From a virus: DNA of 40,000 nucleotides. The DNA is taken from the IMG/VR virus record IMGVR_UViG_3300045988_116732. The stretch is one strand, 5' to 3'. The notes under the pieces were generated by a model, which had not been told where the DNA came from, searched no databases, and saw only the letters and a list, made by a program, of their open reading frames with translations. Of this stretch, positions 35,038 through 40,000 are shown in pieces. Every line of letters begins with the position of its first letter. Positions within the stretch are counted from its first letter, which is position 1. The position numbers and the translations under genes are program-made.

Positions 35038-35571
35038 CTATCCGGCAGCGTCCACCACCTGAATGTAGACATAATCTCCGTACATTTCTATCCATTTGTA
35101 ACAACCCTCCAGTGTATCTCTGTATACATCAATGCTTGTCCCGTTGCGGATGGTCTCGCCCCTTCCGTCTCCGTCCAGGTCGATTCCATCCCCGGTGTCG
35201 GTGAAATCGAAATATCCGATAAAGTCACCGATTCCGCCATCTTCTGTGACTGAATACATGATGATTGCCTTTCCCAGCCATTCTTCCTTACCGGCTACGG
35301 ACAATCCCTCTACCGGCCAGCTGCCGTTCCGGCACTGATTGCCCGTCCAGGTGTAGCAGGTGCATCTTATAAGAAAAGGCTCGCCAAGCGGATTCTCCTG
35401 CTCTACTGGTTGCACCGGTGCAACTTCCATATTTCCAACTGCGTTCATGGTCTTTGCGGTGAAGCTATTCACTTCTCCGGACACTTCCTGCGGCTCGGTC
35501 ATCCACATGGTGAAAAGGAACACTGCCACCGCTATTGCCATTAATATGATTACTCTGATTCTGTAGCGCAT
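35038..35571 (-). CDS. Membrane-anchored 3D-domain protein (MltA/RlpA-like double-psi barrel; putative cell-wall-acting)
   Basis: 177 aa. N-terminal TM helix VIILMAIAVAVFLFTMW, a linker with VAPVQ, then CTCYTWTGNQCRNGSWP..G.SVAG...LGK...DTGDGI...GTSIDVY, typical of the 3D domain. Confidence 0.7.
   Translation of the reverse strand: MRYRIRVIILMAIAVAVFLFTMWMTEPQEVSGEVNSFTAKTMNAVGNMEVAPVQPVEQENPLGEPFLIRCTCYTWTGNQCRNGSWPVEGLSVAGKEEWLGKAIIMYSVTEDGGIGDFIGYFDFTDTGDGIDLDGDGRGETIRNGTSIDVYRDTLEGCYKWIEMYGDYVYIQVVDAAG
35409..35424. repeat. Copy 5 (exact) of the palindrome GTTGCACCGGTGCAAC
   Basis: In frame at codons 50-54 (NMEVAPVQPVEQ), in the linker after the TM helix of the 3D-domain protein. Confidence 0.95.
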
Positions 35572-35816
35572 TTTTTCTTTCTCCTTATCTCCTCACTCAT
35601 TTCCTGCACTGCTCCAATTGCTTCCCGCAATGCCGACTCCATCAGGTGGTCATCACTGACATCCTGCTTTTTAATCTCTGCTACTGGCATTCCGGATATA
35701 ATCATGTACCAGACGCATTCATCCCGATACTGGCTTATCAGTTCATTGAGTCTGTCCGTAATCTCCTTGTCCGTAATTTCCTTTTCCTTCTTCTCTCTCC
35801 ATTTTCTGAAAAACAT
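35550..35816 (-). CDS. Hypothetical early protein
   Basis: Start placed at ATG 35816 (MFFRKWREKKEKE...; RBS AAGGAG). Still overlaps the 3' end of 35743..36099 by 74 nt in another frame. Confidence 0.45.
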   Translation of the reverse strand: MFFRKWREKKEKEITDKEITDRLNELISQYRDECVWYMIISGMPVAEIKKQDVSDDHLMESALREAIGAVQEMSEEIRRKKKCATESE

Positions 35817-36099
35817 ATCTTTTTCTTCTCCTTTCTCTTTCCCGCTTCTGGAAGCCCTCGCCAAATATGAATGTCTCCATCGATACTATCTCTCCGGTCT
35901 TTCTGCGGTGCCTGCTTCCATACCAGTACATTCCAGTGGAATCTCTGTAGTAATCCGTGATTCTTCCAGCTTTTTCCGTAGAACCTATGTACTCTATCCG
36001 GCGATTCTCCGCTTCCCATCCTTCCATGTTCTCAATACTGTATGCCAGTCTATATGCTTTCTTCAGTTCTTCTTTGTCTATTTCAAAGAAGTCTTTCAT
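35743..36099 (-). CDS. Hypothetical early protein
   Basis: 118 aa. The first ~80 aa look globular (MKDFFEIDKEELKKAYRLAYSIENMEGWEAENRRIEYIGS...). The R/E/G-rich tail lies in the overlap with the next gene. Confidence 0.5.
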   Translation of the reverse strand: MKDFFEIDKEELKKAYRLAYSIENMEGWEAENRRIEYIGSTEKAGRITDYYRDSTGMYWYGSRHRRKTGEIVSMETFIFGEGFQKRERERRRKRYVFQKMEREEGKGNYGQGDYGQTQ

Positions 36100-36311
36100 C
36101 TCTTACCACCCAGCATTTTCATATTCTTTTTATAGGCATCCAGTGCATCCCGGTAAATATAATATGTTGTCCTCTTGCAGCCCTCTCTTAATACTGCATA
36201 TCCGATTGGAAGTCTTTCTTTTCTCATCAGATACTTTACTGTCTCATGGTCCATGTTCAGCTCTTCCGCTGCCTGTTTTACTGTTACTCTTTCAAGTTGT
36301 TCATGCTCCAT
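36096..36311 (-). CDS. Excisionase-type (MerR-like HTH_17) DNA-binding protein
   Basis: 71 aa. VTVKQAAEELNMDHETVKYLMRKERLPIGY is a typical HTH followed by a wing. Confidence 0.6.
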   Translation of the reverse strand: MEHEQLERVTVKQAAEELNMDHETVKYLMRKERLPIGYAVLREGCKRTTYYIYRDALDAYKKNMKMLGGKR

Positions 36312-36322
36312 TGCTGTTCTCC

Positions 36323-36508
36323 TTATCTTCTTCTGCGACGGTTTCTAAATTTTTCATATTCTCTAACATCAATCATCCATTTACCACCGCCCGATGTTTT
36401 CCAGGCAAAGGCCTGTCCCGGAACATGAACATCATTTTTCATATCCCTTATTGAAAAACCCATTGTCCCAAGCTCGGTGATACTCATTACTGGTTTTGGA
36501 TATTCCAT
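36323..36508 (-). CDS. Small DNA-binding-like early protein (excisionase/Cro-sized)
   Basis: 61 aa. SITELGTMGFSIRDMKND...WKTSGGGKWMIDVREYEKFRNRRRRR, with a basic tail. Confidence 0.5.
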   Translation of the reverse strand: MEYPKPVMSITELGTMGFSIRDMKNDVHVPGQAFAWKTSGGGKWMIDVREYEKFRNRRRRR

Positions 36509-36519
36509 CTGTTTTCTCC

Positions 36520-36669
36520 TTATGCTACTGGAAGTTTTTTCTTTTTCTCTTCTCTTCGTTTCTCCGCAGTCTGTTCAGCCTTTCCCAAAATGTAACCTCT
36601 GTCAAAATCTGATAATGTGGGTAAAACTCTTACCAATCGCTCCATTACGCTTTTTTCTTTTTCTCCCAT
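36520..36669 (-). CDS. First small early gene (49 aa), function unknown
   Basis: Start moved to ATG 36669 (RBS AGGAAGTGA). The track's start at 36735 is TTG and would overlap the early promoter's -10 and -35 boxes. Confidence 0.45.
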   Translation of the reverse strand: MGEKEKSVMERLVRVLPTLSDFDRGYILGKAEQTAEKRREEKKKKLPVA

Positions 36670-36706
36670 ATTCTCACTTCCTTTCTTTTTGTTTCCTTGT
36701 AAACAC

Positions 36707-36735
36707 AAATTAGCACACTTGGAAACTTTTGTCAA
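36707..36735 (-). promoter_or_regulatory. Early (lytic) promoter: TTGACA - 17 nt - TAATTT
   Basis: On the minus strand the -35 is at 36735->36730 and the -10 at 36712->36707. The direct repeat CTTGGAAACTTTT (36718-36730) fills the spacer. Confidence 0.55.
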
Positions 36736-36745
36736 TATATTTTTG

Positions 36746-36773
36746 TTGACTTGGCAACTTTTTATGTTATAAT
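36746..36773 (+). promoter_or_regulatory. Repressor promoter: TTGACT - 16 nt - TGtTATAAT
   Basis: -35 at 36746-36751 and extended -10 at 36765-36773, followed by AAGGAGG (36783-36789) and ATG 36797. The direct repeat CTTGGCAACTTTT (36750-36762) fills the spacer. Back-to-back with the early promoter. Confidence 0.65.
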
Positions 36774-36796
36774 CTTCTACATAAGGAGGTGATTAC

Positions 36797-37159
36797 ATGA
36801 ATGAACGTGTACGAGAATTGCGTGAAGCTCTCGGAAAAAGTCAGGAAGAATTTGCTAGAAGCCTTGATTTGTCTAGAAATTTTATAAATCAAATTGAAAA
36901 CGGAAAAAAGAATCTTTCCGCCCGTTCTATCAAATCACTATGTGTTTTATATGACGTAAATGAAACCTGGCTTCGTACCGGAACCGGTGATATGTTTATC
37001 GAGAAAACGTTGGATGAACGAATTTCCGAAATGGTGGCCGAGATACAGCTATCTGATGACAGGTCTTTTAAATATCGACTTGTTGCTGCTCTCTCAGAAT
37101 TTACGGATGAAGATTGGGACGATTTAGAGCGGTTACTTAATAAATTAGTCAAAAATTAA
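36797..37159 (+). CDS. XRE-family HTH repressor (CI-like, no peptidase domain)
   Basis: 120 aa. LREALGKSQEEFARSLDLSRNFINQIENGKKNLSARSIKSLCVLYDV is a classic HTH_3. Divergent from the early operon. Confidence 0.85.
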   Translation: MNERVRELREALGKSQEEFARSLDLSRNFINQIENGKKNLSARSIKSLCVLYDVNETWLRTGTGDMFIEKTLDERISEMVAEIQLSDDRSFKYRLVAALSEFTDEDWDDLERLLNKLVKN

Positions 37160-37161
37160 AA

Positions 37162-37198
37162 AAGAACCAAGGACAATGCGCAAGTCCTTGGTTCTTTT
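37162..37198. terminator. Bidirectional intrinsic terminator
   Basis: 13-bp stem, AAGAACCAAGGAC (37162-37174) with GTCCTTGGTTCTT (37184-37196). An A-run lies upstream and Ts downstream. It sits between the convergent repressor gene and the minus-strand sORF. Confidence 0.75.
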
Positions 37199-37199
37199 A

Positions 37200-37307
37200 T
37201 TATTTGACTATTTTTCTAACATATGAATATATGCATTTTATAACTTTTATTTTATCACATTTTTTTACAAGTCTTATAATTTCCTTTTTTATCAGGTCCT
37301 TTTCCAT
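37200..37307 (-). CDS. Candidate 35-aa Lys/Ile-rich small ORF
   Basis: MEKDLIKKEIIRLVKKCDKIKVIKCIYSYVRKIVK. RBS GGGGG 7 nt upstream of ATG 37307. Ends at the bidirectional terminator. Below the ORF-track cut-off; weak evidence. Confidence 0.3.
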   Translation of the reverse strand: MEKDLIKKEIIRLVKKCDKIKVIKCIYSYVRKIVK

Positions 37308-37369
37308 AACTCAAGCCCCCTTTCTGCCATGAGTTTACCACTGCTTCTCCCCACAGAAAAGTGTTTCGC

Positions 37370-37402
37370 TTAAGAATTCCGAATATCCGGAGGAATTCTT
37401 AA
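37370..37402. other. 11-bp perfect inverted repeat TTAAGAATTCC / GGAATTCTTAA with 11-nt loop
   Basis: Lies between the small XRE gene and the sORF. No adjacent T-run on either strand, so it may be an RNA structure or an operator rather than a terminator. Confidence 0.5.
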
Positions 37403-37436
37403 CATTTGGCTTATTTTTTCTATCTTTCGCACAATT

Positions 37437-37625
37437 CTATTCTGTATACAAATCTCTAATCCTTACCCCCATTGCTTTTGCTATTTTTTCTAAAGCTCTC
37501 AGTGTTGGTGATGTTTTTCCGCTCTCATAGTCATACAGGGTGCTTTCTCCTATCCCCGTCAGTTCTGCCAGCTCTGGCATTGTGATATGTTTCTCCCTTC
37601 TGATTTGCCAGATTAGTATTTCCAT
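37437..37625 (-). CDS. Small XRE-family HTH regulator (Cro/CI-like), probably leaderless
   Basis: 62 aa. ITMPELAELTGIGESTLYDYESGKTSPTLRALEKIAKAMGV. No SD sequence. An extended -10 ends 6 nt upstream of the ATG. Confidence 0.8.
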   Translation of the reverse strand: MEILIWQIRREKHITMPELAELTGIGESTLYDYESGKTSPTLRALEKIAKAMGVRIRDLYTE

Positions 37626-37631
37626 GCAAAT

Positions 37632-37640
37632 ATTTTATCA
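37632..37640 (-). promoter_or_regulatory. Extended -10 promoter TGaTAAAAT for the leaderless XRE gene
   Basis: On the minus strand TGATAAAAT is at 37640->37632. Six nt then separate it from the A of ATG 37625, so the predicted transcription start is at or next to the start codon. Confidence 0.45.
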
Positions 37641-37688
37641 TTGTGCCTGCTGCACATCCACTGGTAATGTATTCCATCTCTGTTTATC

Positions 37689-37717
37689 TTGACCTTTCTT
37701 CGTTTATTTTCTATAAT
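37689..37717 (+). promoter_or_regulatory. Promoter TTGACC - 17 nt - TATAAT for the YHYH-protein/integrase operon
   Basis: -35 at 37689-37694 and -10 at 37712-37717, followed by GGAGG (37738-37742) and ATG 37752. Confidence 0.6.
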
Positions 37718-37751
37718 TTCCTTAAATAACATCATATGGAGGTATTGAGTT

Positions 37752-38636
37752 ATGAAAAAAATGTCTTTTATTTTTACAGTAATTTTCTTTATTTTAATTT
37801 TTTCATTAAATGTTTCTGCTCATCCTGGCAAAACAGATTCTTCCGGTGGACATTATGACTATTCTACCGGCGAATATCACTATCATCACGGATACCCTGC
37901 TCATCAGCATCCCGATGGTGTCTGCCCATATGATAACGTTGTTATTAATTCTGACCAATCATCTGACATTGTATCTACTTCGGATATACCATCAAGTACG
38001 TTGCCATATCATGTAATATTGGTATCTCTAGGTTTGATATTAGTTATTGCATTGGGCTCCTATATATTTGTGCGAATTAATTCTGTAAATAAATACTGTT
38101 CTACTTGTATTATAAAAGGTTTCCCCATTCCAAACCTTTCCGACATTTTATTTTTGCTTTTTATACCTTTTGTAGCAGCCCTCTACTATCTATGCATTCA
38201 ACTTCCGTTTATCACCTCATTATGGCCAAAATTAAACTGGTTGTTTTGTATAATATGCATCATAATATTTTTTCTCTTCTGTTGTCTTTGGGAGGTCATT
38301 CTGCAAAAGAAAAAATCAAACTTTTTAAAACGCCCTTCCTATTCTTTGGAAGATGTGTGTTCCTATTTTAAATTAGGAAAATATAAATTATTAGATTATT
38401 ACGATTTTACTCATTCTTATACTTTAATATTAAAATTTAATTATTCTTCGTTTTCTGATGAAATATTTATATGTGAACTACGCAGAAGAGATTTTCTTTC
38501 TGACCCAGTTGTTTTATCTTTATATGTATATGATGGTCTGATTAATGAAAATTTCCCTTCTGAACTTGACGAAAGGCACAAAATATATTGGGTTAAAAAT
38601 GGAGAATACTTTCGTTCAAATCAAGAAGACTGTTAA
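37752..38636 (+). CDS. Membrane protein with N-terminal secreted YHYH domain (moron-like; function unknown)
   Basis: 294 aa. Signal/TM segment FIFTVIFFILIFSLNVSA, then HPGKTDSSGGHYDYSTGEYHYHHGYPAHQH (YHYH motif), about 3 further TM helices, and a ~100-aa C-terminal domain. Visibly more AT-rich than its neighbours. Confidence 0.75.
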   Translation: MKKMSFIFTVIFFILIFSLNVSAHPGKTDSSGGHYDYSTGEYHYHHGYPAHQHPDGVCPYDNVVINSDQSSDIVSTSDIPSSTLPYHVILVSLGLILVIALGSYIFVRINSVNKYCSTCIIKGFPIPNLSDILFLLFIPFVAALYYLCIQLPFITSLWPKLNWLFCIICIIIFFLFCCLWEVILQKKKSNFLKRPSYSLEDVCSYFKLGKYKLLDYYDFTHSYTLILKFNYSSFSDEIFICELRRRDFLSDPVVLSLYVYDGLINENFPSELDERHKIYWVKNGEYFRSNQEDC

Positions 38637-38651
38637 GTGGAGGTTTTAATC

Positions 38652-39779
38652 ATGGCAAGAAAGTTATATCCTGATGGTTTATATAAAACAACTGTCAGTA
38701 TAAAAAAATATGATGAAAACGGGAATTTGATGCGGGTGCATTTATCTGCTCCTACCAATAAAGAACTGGATCAGAAGGTTGCAGAGCTAAAGGCTAAAAT
38801 GAAATTTGGTATGTTTTCTCATGATGGCAACAAAATATTTGGCGAATATGCTATTTACTGGTACAACACCTACCAGAAAGGACATTGTGCTGATGCCACC
38901 GCTCAGAAGTACCTCGGTATTATTAATAATCACTTAGAGCCGTTATACAATATGCATCTTTCAGAAATTACCAAGAGTGATATTCAGAATTTAATAAATA
39001 TGCAAGAAGGACATCCTGATACACAGCGCATGATAAAGGTCACTGCGAATCAGATTTTTGAATCAGCCATTGATGATGAACTTATTTATAAGAATCCTTG
39101 TAAGAAGATAAAAGTTAAGCAGGCTTCCGGACAGACCAAGGCTCGAGCTCTAACCGATGCTGAAAAGAATGCTATTTCTGAACTAAAAAGAGAACATGCC
39201 TTTTCGCCGAAAGAGCAGCTTTATGTTGATACACTATATGTGTCTGGCTTAAGGCCTGAAGAAGCTCTTGCACTCACTTTTTCAGATATTAAAGATAATA
39301 CCATTACTGTGAATAAAGCCTTGAAATGGAAAGGTGGCAAAGGATTGAAAGAACCAAAGAGCAAGGCCGGATATCGTCATGTGGATGTTCCAGCCTGGTA
39401 TCAGGAAGAAGTGAACTCTTTTCATCTTGATAATAATACCAAGTTTATCTTTACTGGTATTAATGGGGACCTTATTTCTCAGAGTACCTATAAACGTTTT
39501 TGGCTCGGTATCTGGAATAAGATAAATGTGAAGCTTGGTGGCAAGCCCAAAATTGTAGTTCAGAACGTCGTAAAGGATCCTGGTATTGCCGTCACTGACC
39601 TTACCCCATATATGTTCCGTCATAACTACTGTACTATGCTTTATGAGTTAAAAGTAGATGTAAAAGAAGCATCTAGAATTATGGGACATTCAAATGTTAG
39701 AATCACTCTTGATATCTATACCCATCTGGATTCCATAAAGTCAACTATATGTCAAAAAGTTGCAGGAATTACTCTTTAG
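38652..39779 (+). CDS. int: Tyrosine recombinase / phage integrase
   Basis: Start moved to ATG 38652 (GGAGG 38639-38643). Contains GLRPEEALAL (catalytic R), HMFRHNYCT (H..R), GHSNVRITLDIYTH (H...Y), and an N-terminal SAM-like domain. Confidence 0.9.
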   Translation: MARKLYPDGLYKTTVSIKKYDENGNLMRVHLSAPTNKELDQKVAELKAKMKFGMFSHDGNKIFGEYAIYWYNTYQKGHCADATAQKYLGIINNHLEPLYNMHLSEITKSDIQNLINMQEGHPDTQRMIKVTANQIFESAIDDELIYKNPCKKIKVKQASGQTKARALTDAEKNAISELKREHAFSPKEQLYVDTLYVSGLRPEEALALTFSDIKDNTITVNKALKWKGGKGLKEPKSKAGYRHVDVPAWYQEEVNSFHLDNNTKFIFTGINGDLISQSTYKRFWLGIWNKINVKLGGKPKIVVQNVVKDPGIAVTDLTPYMFRHNYCTMLYELKVDVKEASRIMGHSNVRITLDIYTHLDSIKSTICQKVAGITL

Positions 39780-39790
39780 AACCGTTTTTT

Positions 39791-39811
39791 ACTCGATATT
39801 TACTCGATAAT
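39791..39811 (+). promoter_or_regulatory. Arm-type repeats ACTCGATATT / ACTCGATAAT (P side, pair 1)
   Basis: 39791-39800 and 39802-39811. Same orientation and word as 148-167. Confidence 0.6.
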
Positions 39812-39873
39812 TCTATTTTTTTTGTGCAAAATCACAATGAAAAATCGGTCATTTTTTCGAACGTATGTATCAA

Positions 39874-39893
39874 ACTCGATACTACTCGATATT
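39874..39893 (+). promoter_or_regulatory. Arm-type repeats ACTCGATACT / ACTCGATATT (P side, pair 2)
   Basis: 39874-39883 and 39884-39893, tandem, about 35 nt from the core repeat. Confidence 0.6.
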
Positions 39894-39928
39894 TATTTTA
39901 CCTCATTTGCACCTACTTGTACCTATTA

Positions 39929-40000
39929 CCAAAAAGGCTGTAACCCTTGATTTATCAAGGATTACAGCCTTTTTTCTAGTTAAGCTGGCAACGGGAATCG
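39929..40000. repeat. Right copy of the terminal direct repeat (contains the terminator hairpin and the first 18 nt of the tRNA-Thr-like 3' end)
   Basis: Identical to 1-72 and truncated by the window end. If this is a prophage, the intact tRNA-Thr gene would continue beyond 40000 on the minus strand. Confidence 0.95.

Larger units (their letters stand above)
1..39928. mobile_element. One complete unit of a temperate, podovirus-like dsDNA phage (integrated prophage or circular genome)
   Basis: Contiguous phage modules: TerS/TerL/portal/scaffold/capsid, holin plus amidase, XRE switch, tyrosine integrase, attP-like region. Bases 1-72 equal 39929-40000, giving a 39,928-bp period. No recognisable bacterial housekeeping gene. 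Confidence 0.85.

Noticed and set aside
35743-35864. Programmed frameshift joining ORFs 35743..36099 and 35550..35864.
   Set aside because: I found no slippery heptamer or downstream structure. The downstream ORF has its own AAGGAG RBS and ATG at 35816. An ordinary overlap, or a slightly mis-set boundary, is the simpler explanation.

Overview
The window holds one full unit (39,928 bp) of a temperate dsDNA phage, plus 72 bp that repeat the start: bases 1-72 are identical to 39929-40000. This is either a circular or terminally redundant genome wrapped into the window, or a prophage cut exactly at attL/attR. I cannot tell which from the sequence.

About 36 kb is transcribed leftward on the minus strand. 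In transcription order the minus-strand modules are:
- Early operon, 36.7 to 24.4 kb: small HTH/excisionase-like proteins, a membrane-anchored 3D-domain protein, an HUH rolling-circle Rep-like protein, a degenerate RNase H-like protein, an HNH nuclease, a DUF3850/ASCH-like protein, a PcfJ-like protein, an HTH protein with heptad repeats, and an HD hydrolase.
- A strong terminator, then a late promoter.
- Packaging and head genes: TerS, TerL, portal, Prp-like protease, scaffold, and an N4-gp56-family capsid protein.
- Adaptor- and nozzle-like tail genes, a Q/N-rich protein, and a 3,286-aa giant protein.
- A second late promoter, then a BppU-like fibre, a fibre with an S74 chaperone domain, a holin and an amidase endolysin.

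The right end (36.8-39.8 kb) is the immunity/integration region: an XRE repressor, a leaderless small XRE protein, a YHYH membrane protein and a tyrosine integrase. It is followed by an attP-like region with six arm-type repeats and the 3' 45 nt of a tRNA-Thr(GGU).

No tail tube, sheath or tape-measure gene is visible. Gene order parallels T7-type podoviruses. The host is probably a low-GC Gram-positive, Clostridia-like bacterium; this is inferred from the Prp/L27-type motifs, the holin and amidase types, and the GGAGG ribosome-binding sites.

Main findings worth a second look:
1. A perfect 16-bp palindrome, GTTGCACCGGTGCAAC, occurs five times (four exact, one 15/16). Each copy lies inside a different unrelated gene, always in the frame that reads V-A-P-V-Q and with identical codons.
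2. A 19-bp motif sits exactly 18 nt upstream of TATAAT in front of both late gene blocks.
3. The giant ORF occupies about a quarter of the genome, in the position of the T7 gp16 / N4 vRNAP gene.
4. A phage-encoded Prp protease accompanies LQFF|A motifs on both the scaffold and the capsid protein.
5. A candidate countertranscript sRNA lies upstream of the HUH Rep gene.
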